In this document: in pieces, positions 51,630 through 63,803 of the stretch
Position numbering within the stretch: position 1 is the stretch's first letter
Layout: each line of letters opens with the position of its first letter
Assembly (NCBI GenBank): GCA_964016885.1
Contig: OZ024743.1
Location: 325,190,001 to 325,254,000, forward strand
Source of the DNA: Eledone cirrhosa
Taxonomy: Eukaryota
Reading direction: 5' to 3'
Length of the DNA: 64,000 bases
The notes under the pieces: generated by a model
Databases searched by the model: none
Told to the model about the DNA's origin: nothing
The model's input: only the letters and a program-made list of their open reading frames with translations
Program-made: the position numbers and the translations under genes

Positions 51630-54600
51630 AGATCATACCATATCATACCATACGATACCAAACCATACCATACCAAATCATACCATACCATACCATACCA
51701 AATCAAACCATACCATACCATAGCAAATCATACCATACCATACCAAATCATACCATACCATACCAAATCATACCATACCATACCATACCAAATCATACCA
51801 TACCATACCAAATCATACCATACCATACCAAATCATACCAAACCATACCATACCAAATCATACCATACCATACCATACCATACCAAATCATACCTTACCA
51901 TACCAAATCATACGATACCATACCAAATCATACCATGCCATACCAAATCATACCATACCATACCATACCAAATCATACCATACCGTACCATACCATACCA
52001 TACCAAACCATACCAAATCATACCATACCATACCAAACCATACCAAACCATACCATACCAAACCATACCAAACCATACCAAACCATACCATACCATACCA
52101 TACCAAATCATACCATACCATACCATACCGAACCAAATCATACCAAACCATACCATACCAAACCATACCATACCATACCAAATCATACCAAACCATACCA
52201 TACCATACCAAACCATACCATACCATACCGAACCAAATCATACCAAACCATACCATACCAAACCATACCATACCATACCAAATCATACCAAACCAAACCG
52301 TACCATACCGTACCAAACCATACCATACCATACCAAACCATACCAAACTATACCATACCGTACCATACCGTACCAAACCATACCATACCGTCCCATAACA
52401 TACCATACCATACCAAACCATACCATACCATACCGTAGCAAACCATACCATACCATACCAAATCATACCGTACCATACCATACCAAACCATACCATACCA
52501 TACCAAACCATACCGTACCATACCATACCATACCATACCATACCGTACCGTACCATACCATACCGTACCAAACCATACCATACCATACCAAATCATACAA
52601 AACCATATCATACCATACCATACCATACCGTACCAAACCATGCCATACCAAACCATACCATACCATACCATACCAAACCATACCAAACCAAACCATACCG
52701 TACGATACCAAACCATACCGTACCAAACCGTACCAAACCGCACCATACCAAACCATACCATACCGTACCATACCATACCGTACCAAACCATACCGTACCA
52801 AACCGTACCATACCATACCAAACCATACTAAACCATACCATACCAAACCGTACCATACCGTACCGTACCAAACCATACCATACCGTACCAAACCATACCA
52901 TACCATACCAAACCATACCGTACCAAACTATACCGTACCATACCATACCGTACCAAACCATACCATACCAAACCATACCGTACCATACCAAACCATACCG
53001 TACCATACCGTACCAAACCATACCATACCGTCCCATAACATACCATACCGTACCAAACCATACCATATCATACCAAACCATAGCATACCATACCGTAGCA
53101 AACCATATCATACCATACCAAATCATACCGTACCATACCATACCAAACCATACCGTAGCAAACCATACCATACCATACCAAATCATACCGTACCATACCA
53201 TACCAAACCAAACCATACCATACCGTACCATACCATACCATACCATACCATACCGTACCATACCGTACCATACCGTACCAAACCATACCATACCAATACC
53301 AAACCATACCATACCATACCAAACCATACCGTACCATACCAAACCGTACCATACCGTACCATACCGTACCATACCAAACCGTACCATACCGTACCGTACC
53401 AAACCATACCATACCATACCAAACCATACTGTACCATACCTTACCAAACCATACCATACCATACCAAATCATACCATACCGTACCCTACCAAACCATACC
53501 AAACCATACCGTACGATACCAAACCATACCGTACCAAACTGTACCAAACCGTACCATACCAAACCATACTAAACCATACCATACCGTACCATACCGTACC
53601 AAACCATACCATACCGTACCAAACCATACCGTATGATACCAAACCATACCGTACCAAACTGTACCATACCAAACCATACTAAACCATACCATACCAAACC
53701 ATACCATACCATACCGTACCATACCGTACCGTACCAAACCATACCATACCATACCAAACTGTACCATACCGTACCATACCAAACCATACCATACCATACC
53801 AAACCATACCGTACCAAACTATACCGTACCATACCATACCATACCAAACCATACCATACCAAACCATACCATACCGTACCATACCAAACCATACCGTACC
53901 ATACCGTCCCATAACATACCATACCATACCAAACCATATCATACCAAACCATACCATACCAAACCATACCATACCGTACCGTAGCAAACCATACCATACC
54001 ATACCAAATCATACCATACCGTACCATACCATACCAAACCATACCATACCATACCAAACCATACCGTACCAAACCATACCATACCATACCATACCAAACC
54101 ATACCATACCATACCAAACCATACCATACCAAACCGTACCATACCATACCATACCATACCGTACCAAACCATGCCATACCAAACCATACCATACCGTACG
54201 ATACCAAACCATACTGTACGATACCAAACCATACCGTACCAAACCGTACCATACCAAACCATACCATACCGTACCATACCGTACCAAACCATACCATACC
54301 GTACCAAACCATACCGTATGATACCAAACCATACCGTACCAAACCGTACCATACCAAACCATACTAAACCATACCATACCGTACCATACCATACCGTACC
54401 AAACCGTACCATACCGTACCATACCATACCATACCGTACCAAACTATACCGTACCATACCATACCGTACCAAACCATACCAAACCATACCATACCGTACC
54501 ATACCAAACCATACCGTACCATACCGTACCAAACCATACCATACCATACCGTCCCATAACATACCATACCGTACCAAACCATACCATATCATACCAAACC

Positions 54601-55330
54601 ATACCAAACCATAGCATACCGTACCGTAGCAAACCATACCATACCATACCGAATCATACCAAACCATACCATACCATACCAAACCATACCGTACCAAACC
54701 ATACCATACCATACCAAACTGTACCATACCGTACCGTACCAAACCATACCATACCATACCAAACCATACTTTACCATACCTTACCAAACCATACCATACC
54801 ATACCAAATCATACCATACCGTACCCTACCAAACCATACCAAACCATACCATACCAAACCATACCATACCATACCATACCAAATCATACCGTACCATACC
54901 GTACCAAACCATACCATACCGTACCAAACCATACCATACCGTACCAAACCATACCATACCGTACCAAACCATACCATACCATACCGTACCATACCATACC
55001 GTACCATACCATACCGTACCAAACCATACCATACCGTACCAAACCATACCATACCGTACCAAACCATACCATACCATACCGTACCAAACCATACCATACC
55101 GTACCATACCATACCATACCGTACCATACCATACCGTACCATACCATACCGTACCAAACCATACCATACCATACCGTACCAAACCATACCATACCGTACC
55201 ATACCATACCATACCGTACCATACCATACCGTACCATACCATACCATACCGTACCAAACCATACCATACCATACCGTACCAAACCATACCGTACCAAACC
55301 ATACCATACCAAACCATACCATACCATACC
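51630..55330. repeat. 3.7-kb pentanucleotide satellite (ATACC)n with AAACC/GTACC/AAATC variants
   Basis: Visible directly. Confidence 0.98.
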
Positions 55331-55767
55331 AATGTAAAGACACAGATGGTCAAATATTCTGTATGTTGATATTGATGGTGATGACTATAATCGTTGGGAT
55401 CATGATGGTGATTGCCATCATGATAATTATAATGAAAATCATGTGGATGATGATGACGACGATGATGATGGTGATGGTGATAATGAGGAGGGGGGGAGCC
55501 GTGCTATTTATGTATCCAGACTGTTGGAAATTAAAGAATCCCTTGCCAAAAAACTCTCCATGCATTCACACCTCACCACACCACACCACATCAAGCCCTA
55601 TACCCCACCATATCACACCACACCTCACCACACCACACCACATCAAGCCCTATACCCCACCATATCACACCACACCACACAACACCATAGCACATCAAGC
55701 CCTACAACACACCATGCAACACCACACCACACTGCATGACACTATCAAATCAGACTAGACCACACAC

Positions 55768-55782
55768 CTTGACACCAAACAT
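55768..55782 (-). CDS. Candidate first coding exon (MFGVK)
   Basis: ATG followed by AAG|gtgtgt phase-0 donor, just downstream of an X-box-like motif; speculative. Confidence 0.25.
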
Positions 55783-55797
55783 TGTCTGAAGCAGATG

Positions 55798-55811
55798 GTT
55801 GCTATGGTGAC
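55798..55811. promoter_or_regulatory. RFX X-box-like motif GTTGCTATGGTGAC
   Basis: Close match to the palindromic X-box consensus GTTNCCATGGNAAC, in unique sequence at the plausible 5' end of the minus-strand gene. Confidence 0.45.
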
Positions 55812-56135
55812 AGAATAACTGACCACCAGTTCAAGATTTCATGTCTCAGCAAGAAAGGAAATGGGGAGGGAGAGGAGACAAAGAGAGGAGGAGGAAGAGA
55901 GATTGAGAGAGATAAAATATACATGAACATGATCACTTTATAAATGAATCAGAACATCCTGTAAAAGATGTAAGTTACAACAGATAACATGTGAAGGCTT
56001 TCATCCATTTCCTTTATCTGATGAAACTTCAAATAAAACAACTGTAGGACTTCCCTAATAACAAAACTGCTCCATATTTTCTGAATTTGTTAACATTTGT
56101 ATTTGTTATATATTTATTACATATTTGTTAATTAA

Positions 56136-57483
56136 CTGTAAAGTGGTCATGTAGGTGTCATGACATAAAGCACCTAGTCCACACTATAAAGTGATGGAGT
56201 AGGTATCACGGCATAAAACACCAAGTCAACACTGTAAAGTGGTCATGTAGGTGTCATGACATAAAGCACCTAGTCCACACTATAAAGTGATGGTGTAGGT
56301 GTCACGGCATAAAACACCAAGTCAACACTGTAAAGTGGTCATGTAGGTGTCATGACATAAAGCACCTAGTCCACACTATAAAGTGATCGAGTAGGTATCA
56401 CGGCATAAAACACCAAGTCAACACTGTAAAGTGGTCATGTAGGTGTCATGACATAAAGCACCTAGTCCACACTATAAAGTGATGGAGTAGGTATCACGGC
56501 ATAAAACACCAAGTCAACACTGTAAAGTGGTCATGTAGGTGTCATGACATAAAGCACCTAGTCCACACTATAAAGTGATGGTGTAGGTGTCACGGCATAA
56601 AACACCAAGTCAACACTGTAAAGTGGTCATGTAGTTGTCATGACATAAAGCACCTAGTCCACACTATAAAGTGATGGAGTAGGTATCACGGCATAAAACA
56701 CCAAGTCAACACTGTAAAGTGGTCATGTAGGTGTCATGACATAAAGCACCTAGTCCACACTATAAAGTGATGGAGTAGGTATCACGGCATAAAACACCAA
56801 GTCAACACTGTAAAGTGGTCATGTAGGTGTCATGACATAAAGCACCTAGTCCACACTATAAAGTGATGGTGTAGGTGTCACGGCATAAAACACCAAGTCA
56901 ACACTGTAAAGTGGTCATGTAGGTGTCATGACATAAAGCACCTAGTCCACACTATAAAGTGATGGTGTAGGTATCACGGCATAAAACACCAAGTCAACAC
57001 TGTAAAGTGGTCATGTAGGTGTCATGACATAAAGCACCTAGTCCACACTATAAAGTGATCGAGTAGGTATCAGGGCATAAAACACCAAGTCAACACTGTA
57101 AAGTGGCCATGTAGGTGTCATGACATAAAGCACCTAGTCCACACTATAAAGTGATGGTGTAGGTATCACGGCATAAAACACCAAGTCAACACTGTAAAGT
57201 GGTCATGTAGGTGTCATGACATAAAGCACCTAGTCCACACTATAAAGTGATCGAGTAGGTATCACGGCATAAAACACCAAGTCAACACTGTAAAGTGGTC
57301 ATGTAGGTGTCATGACATAAAGCACCTAGTCCACACTATAAAGTGATGGTGTAGGTGTCACGGCATAAAACACCAAGTCAACACTGTAAAGTGGTCATGT
57401 AGGTGTCATGACATAAAGCACCTAGTCCACACTATAAAGTGATCGAGTAAGTGTCACGGCATAAAACACCAAGTCAACACTGT
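56136..57483. repeat. 96-bp higher-order repeat (14 A-B dimers of 48-bp monomers), SINE-derived
   Basis: Strict alternation of ctgtaaagtggtcatgtagg.. and ctataaagtgatggagtagg.. monomers; runs into a SINE 3' half. Confidence 0.95.
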
Positions 57484-57660
57484 ACAGTTTAAATGTGGTT
57501 GGCGTTAGGAAGAACATCCAGCTGTAGAAACCAAGCCAAGATTGGTCCAGTGTGAGCTAGATGTAGTCATCTGCTCTGGTTTGGTTCACATCTGGACAAC
57601 TCTTCTAACCCATGCTAGCATGGAAAAAATGGATGTTAAATGATGATGATGACGATGATT
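57484..57660 (+). mobile_element. SINE 3' half with RTE-like tail
   Basis: gtggttggcgttaggaag..catccagctgtagaaacc..aacccatgctagcatggaaa..(TGA)n. Confidence 0.8.
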
Positions 57661-57679
57661 TGTTAAATCATCATCATTA

Positions 57680-58045
57680 TGATGAATTGAGCATGCTCTG
57701 TTGAATGTGTAATGTTAGTGTGCATGAACAACAAAGCATAGATGAACTGAGAGAAAACTAAATATATAACACGAATCAGATATAGTATGCAAGAGAGTAG
57801 ATTGTGCTGGTAGAGACATGTAATGTGTATAGATGACAATTGTTGGGTGAAGAGTGGTAGGAGTTCTAAGTGGAAGGAAGTCATGGAAGAGGAAGACCAA
57901 GAAAAACGTGGGCTGAGATACTGAAAGCTGATCTCAGGAAACTGAACCTCACAAAGGAGGAGCAAAAGGAAAGAAACAAATGTACTAAGGAAGCCTTGTT
58001 TAATCTAAGCTATCATGGAAAAATAGATGTGATGGTGATGATGAT
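57680..58045 (+). mobile_element. RTE LINE 3' fragment
   Basis: EGSHGRGRPRKTWAEILKADLRKLNLT; homologous to 50300-50690. Confidence 0.8.
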
Positions 58046-58158
58046 TTTAAAAGTTAAAGGTATACACACTGTAAAACTTTTACTACCCTATTCAGTGTGA
58101 CATGGATCATAAAATGGTTATAAATCACTTCTCTAAATATTGTTAATATTGAAAATAT

Positions 58159-58215
<57 letters not shown>

Positions 58216-58282
58216 TATTGAAGTTTCCGTTGAAAATTGAAAAAGTCGTAGGAGTGAAGAATGTAAGTTACAGAGCTAAATT

Positions 58283-58402
58283 TAATGTATAATAAACAAT
58301 ACAATATAATTACCTCATTACCAGAGGACGTTTCTTCATTTCGTCTTATTTGGGAAACCTCTGGTAATGAAGTAATTATATTGTATTGTTTATTATACAT
58401 TA
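58283..58402. repeat. Hairpin: ~45-bp inverted arms around a 30-nt loop
   Basis: taatgtataataaacaatacaatataattacctcattaccagagg and its reverse complement with one mismatch. Confidence 0.9.
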
Positions 58403-58623
58403 TATATATATAAATTTGAGTATATATTGTATAAACTACACGACAAACTGCTGTATAACTTCTAAGGTGTGTGTGTGTGTGTATAAGTATTTGTATTTAA
58501 CTACCTCTCAGAGAATAATAAACAACATTGATTTGGATACTAGGCCATACAGATATTAGAGGAAATAGGAAGACAGATGAATTAGCAAAGGAGGGAGTAC
58601 AAAGAGAAATAATAGATATAGAC

Positions 58624-59000
58624 TACTCTTAGGCCCCAAATAATAGGGGGAGAAGAATAAGCAGGCGGTAAGGATCAGTAATTTTTTTAGGTTGTCTCCA
58701 TTGATTTTTTTAAAAACCAGAATTAGTCGTTTAGTTTACATATTGAGATCCCAACCCATCCTATTTATTTTATAACATATGTGATTTCTAGTAATGTATT
58801 TTTTGTCATGTATAATGTTTTTTAATATATAAAGAAAATTAATTGTCACTGGAATGCTACTACTTAAAATATAATTTCCCTGGAGATAAATTACCATAAT
58901 TTAATAAGCCAGGGGGTTGGTATTAGAGTGAGGAATGGGGTGGAGTGAAAAATCTGAAAAATTAATAAGCAGGGTGCGAGTGGCATTATTCCAAGCCGCA
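58624..59000. mobile_element. Inverted, diverged copy of the MITE at 7551-7895
   Basis: Shared internal sequence (ccagaattagtc, cccaacccatcc, tttctagtaatgta) and TIR-like ends. Confidence 0.7.
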
Positions 59001-59693
59001 CATTTATCACAAGGGAAATCATTTAACAAAAATATAATTAGTCAAGGGTTGGAAAAGTTTTGGGAAGAACTTAGAGATAAGCTTTCAAATTTCAATCCTC
59101 CATTTTCTCAACCAGATCTGATAACATTTAAAACATATCAGACACTGTTATGTTTTAATATAAAAAATACTATACTGGCTTTGAATTGGACATATATTTT
59201 TTATCATAAACAGGTTGCAGAGAATCACCACTATGCTTTTGTGGTGACTTCCCTGAAACTCTTTGGAACTATGTGTTCCAATGTAAAAACTATCAGACGG
59301 AGAGAGAGGACATCTTGAAGCCGATCATTAAAAATGTACCAAGATTGGTAATACAATATATTGTAAAAGATCTACCAACTATAAACAAAATCTTTGTGTA
59401 TATGGAGGTTACAAAAATATTCAACAACAGGACCTTCTAGCTGCTTTACAGCTTCCCTTGCTTCACATTTTTTTCATTATCTTTTTTGCTTTGATTTTTT
59501 GCATCCAGTTGACCTTCCATATTTAAATGTTTCATTATATTTATCATTTTTTTAATATTCTCTTATCTCTGTATATCCTGTTTTCTTTTTGTTTTGTTTT
59601 TTGTTTCTCAACTATAAGAAGTACTAGATACTTCCTCTAGTCTGTCATAGCTTACTAGCTCTATATGGACATTTAATTTCATTAAATAAATAA

Positions 59694-59773
<80 letters not shown>

Positions 59774-59778
<5 letters not shown>

Positions 59779-59889
59779 AACGAGTAAGACCCCGACGGCT
59801 GAGCTCAAGCCGTTTCGACGGCTAATTCTGGACTGAATTAGCCGTCGAAACGGCTTGAGCTCAGCCGTCGGGGTCCTACTCGTTCCTAT
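59774..59889. repeat. GC-rich 55-bp-arm palindrome carrying the 3' half of a hammerhead-like motif
   Basis: One mismatch between arms, 6-nt loop TGGACT; each arm has GAAA-CGGCT-tGAGCTC-AGCCG-TC. Confidence 0.9.
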
Positions 59890-59966
59890 TACCCACTCTA
59901 CTACCCTAAGTATTGAGTACTTTGGTGCATTATGGTCCACCTGGTTCTTTACCACATTTCCTTCGT

Positions 59967-60004
<38 letters not shown>

Positions 60005-60098
60005 TATATATAGTAATAATAATAAATTTGAAGACTAAATTCCAAAGAGGGCTCGATAAGGATAAATATATATCAAATATATAAGAACCGTAGAGCAA

Positions 60099-61669
60099 AT
60101 ATTTATTAAAATAACAGATTAAAGTTAAAGCAAAGAATCGCTACTTTCACCCTTAACAGGATCTTCTGAAACTAAAAAAATCAATCTGTAAACGCAGAAG
60201 TAAATATTTCGGAAAACGTTGCAACCGAAGGAAGACAGTAAGACGATACTTTGGTTCGTGAAAACGTTCCCTGGCAAAGAACGGATAAAAAACGAAGATA
60301 ATACGTCATTATTTGGAGCGATGAAAAAACAATTACACGCAAAGACAAAACCACGTTTATGGTGTAAATGAAGTCGTAGACTAATATTCAATTAGGTGGT
60401 TCGTGGAGACGTTCTCTGGCAATGAACGGAAAAAACGAAGATAATACGTCATTATGTGGAGCGTTGAGAACAATTACACGCAAAGACAAAACCACGTTCA
60501 TGGTATAACTGAAGTCGTAGACTAAAATTCTATATAGAAAACTTAATGATTCTCGGCTTCAGAGTTAAGATGTAAATAAATTACAGAGGTAATTGAAATT
60601 AAATATATACATGCACGCATCCATATACGTACATACACATGCATACGCGAAAACATCCGCTATGGGTATGCAAAAACAAGCACGTACACAAAAATCACAC
60701 ACGCACATACAGAACCCACGCAACGCCTGTACCAGCACACATACGAACGTATACACCAAATACACATAAAAATATATATATAAAAAAAATATATATATAT
60801 GATGTGTGTGTGTGTGTGAGTGTATACATATAATTATATAAACGTATATAAATATACACACATAAATACGTATATAACGCGCGCACGCACATACCTACGT
60901 GTGAATACACATATGTTCATAGACGTACGTCAACCAAAACACAAAGTACACATATACACACACCCTACATACGTACGAACCCGCATACTCACACAGACGC
61001 AACACTCACGTATACACATAACCATATGCACATGTACCAGTATATATAATATAATATATACGCCTATAACATATACAAGCAAATAAACGTACGAGAAAGT
61101 ATAAGTACCTTCACGAAACATACAGGTAATATATACTTACCTATACAAATAAGTAATGGTATAAACATAACATATACTTAGCTACCACATCAAGACGTAA
61201 AATATCCATGTAGAGTTCGTACTATCCATTAGGGTATAATGTGGGGCTGTAATACAGGAAAGTTTTGTGCAATTTATGTTTACAAGCCGAAATTGCCTCA
61301 GATTTTTTGTTTAAGATGTGGTCTTTGGCGTAGAGTATTTCCAGGGCTTCAGCGGCGCAGAGGTCACATGGACTTTTATTTCCGTTATACGATCTAGCCT
61401 TAGCTAGGATCTCCCAGTGTAACTTATATTGGGTAGAATTTTAGTCTACGACTTCAGTTACACCATAAACGTGGTTTTGTCTTTGCATGTAATTGTTGTC
61501 ACCGATCCACATAATGACGTATCATCTTCGTTTTTTCCGTTCATTGCCAGAGAACGTCTCCACGAATCACCTAATAGAATATTAGTCTACGACTTCATTT
61601 ACACCATAAACGTAGTTTTGTCTTTGCGTGCATTATGGTCCACCTGGTTCCTTACCACATTTCCTTCGT

Positions 61670-61701
<32 letters not shown>

Positions 61702-61948
61702 AGTATATATAGTAATATAAGTATATATAGTAATAATGACGTATTATCTTTGTTTTTTTTTTCGTTCTTTGCCAAGGAACGTTTCCACAAACCAAAGTAT
61801 CGTCTTCCTGTCTACCTTCGGTTGCAACGTTTTTCGAAATATTTACTTCTGCGTTCACAGATTGATTTTTTTAGTTTCAGAAGATCCTGTTAAGGGTGAA
61901 AGTAGCGATTCTTTGCTTAAACTTTAATCTGTTATTTTAATAAATATA
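60099..61948. mobile_element. ~1.85-kb fold-back element with ~430-bp modular inverted arms
   Basis: 60099-60532 is the reverse complement of 61436-61948 apart from a ~100-bp replacement in the right arm; arms contain a ~130-bp tandem module; a fragment also lies at 24397-24500. Confidence 0.8.
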
Positions 61949-62000
61949 AATATATATATATGAAAAGGGCAGTAAGGTTCTATACAAAACAGTGGCTATA

Positions 62001-62643
62001 GAGAAAAGGTGAAATTGGAAATAGCACGGAAAATATATTTAAGGGTCTGTTTTTCTTTTTTTTTCTTTCTTTGATTCGTCAAAGTGACATTATTGAAAAC
62101 AATGAGAGGGACAATTCTTTTTAAAAAAAAGAGTTTTATAATGTATATAAAGTATATAAAGTATAACTGGTTTCAATGTATTAGTAAAATTCATCTTATC
62201 AAATGTTGAGTATTACAATTAAAAAGAATTAATAAGAATTAATAAGAATTAAAAACTAAAAATTAAAGATTTAAAATTAAGTGTTGAGGCAAGTTTTTTT
62301 CATCTTCCTTTGTCTGAAGTCTCCTTTTCAATAAGGAAGATGAAAAAAACTTGCCTCAACACTTAATTTTAAATCTTTGATTTTTAGTTTTTAATTCTTA
62401 TTAATTCTTTTTGATTGTAATACTCAACATTTGATAAGATGAATTTTACTAATACATTGAAACCAGTTATACTTTATATACTTTATATACATTATAAAAC
62501 TCTTTTTTAAAAGAATTGTTCCTCTCAATTTTTCAATAATGTCACTTGGACGAATCAAAGAAAGGTAAAAAATACAAGAAAAAAAAAAGAAAAACAGACC
62601 CTTAAATATGTTTTCCGTGCTATTTCCAATCTCACCTTTTCTC
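62001..62643. mobile_element. AT-rich fold-back/MITE-like element with ~310-bp arms, flanked by TATA
   Basis: tata-gagaaaagg ... ccttttctc-tata; loop tgtctgaagtctccttttcaat; second copy at 21194. Confidence 0.88.
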
Positions 62644-63608
62644 TATACATATAAGCATATATACATACATATATATCATCATCATCATCATCATCAACGT
62701 TTAACGTCCGTGTTCCACGCTTGCATGGGTTTGGACGGGGGTAGTCCCACTTGAGGCAAGAGTGATTGTCTTGCTCGCATAGGACTGTCTGGCAGGTTTT
62801 CTACAGTTGGATGCCCTTCCTATATATATATATAAATATATGTATGTATATATATATGCTGATTGGGAGAAGAAATACTGTATATATTTTATCTAATGAT
62901 TCTATGGACTTACTTTTTATATATTGCTCTGATTGTTAATTATTTAATTAATTCGTCATTGAGCCACACCGTGAATGGTTGCCAAAAAACATATATATAT
63001 ATCTATGGCTTTGTCTAGTTTATATGTATATACCCTTTAAATTTTATATACTCCCGTAAGGTTGAGTAAAACTTTAGGCAGTATTCGGCTGCGCTTTCTA
63101 GCAACCAGCCTACTCGCCGACAGGCACCAATCACAAACTTTCTGCCTTGACCACTAGCCACATGATGATTCTCAGCCATTTTGAATTCGTTTTTGGCAGG
63201 GATCATGTAAGAAAAATCTTTGTCCAATTGAGTTATCTCCTGATGATTTCCAACCTCGTTGATTTATCCAAGATCGGATATATCCAAAAATGGAATGAAA
63301 CCGTCAGGGGTAGAGATATTTTGATGATTTTGGTAGGTTTATGTACATTTTTTCTTCTAACTTTGATTTTGTACATAATTATGTATGGTTAATTATATGT
63401 ATAGTCAATTTCTACAGGCTTTCAGAAATACTAAGTAAATTTTCTGTAGCTGTGAGTCGCAGATAAAAAGCTATATTATTTATCTATTGTTTCTTCATAA
63501 GTATATTTTAAACTTATAGCCTCGTTTAAATGATTTTTTGTGTGGTTGATTTATGGTGATTGGAAGAAGAAATACTGTATATATTTTATCTAATGACTCT
63601 ATGGACTT

Positions 63609-63656
<48 letters not shown>

Positions 63657-63685
63657 TTATTCCAGGTTGAATCAGAAGTAACCAC

Positions 63686-63736
63686 AGATTCCTGATGATT
63701 TCTCAAGAATTAAACAGTTCTAGTCCTGTAGAATCT
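63686..63736 (+). ncRNA. Type I hammerhead-ribozyme-like motif, probably inactivated (GAAA to TAAA)
   Basis: Stem I AGATTC/GAATCT, core CTGATGA, stem II TTC-TCAA-GAA, [T]AAA, stem III ACAG/CTGT, cleavage triplet GTA; the homologue at 50947-50990 keeps GAAA. Confidence 0.6.
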
Positions 63737-63766
63737 CATCTTTCTCTCTTTCTCTCTCTCTCTCTG

Positions 63767-63803
<37 letters not shown>

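Noticed and set aside
51596-55353. (MVWYG)n and (YHTIP)n ORFs
   Set aside because: Pentanucleotide microsatellite translation.
56010-56055. CTGATGA...AAAAC...GTA hammerhead-like string
   Set aside because: No stem II pairing, GAAA absent, and no adjacent stem I.
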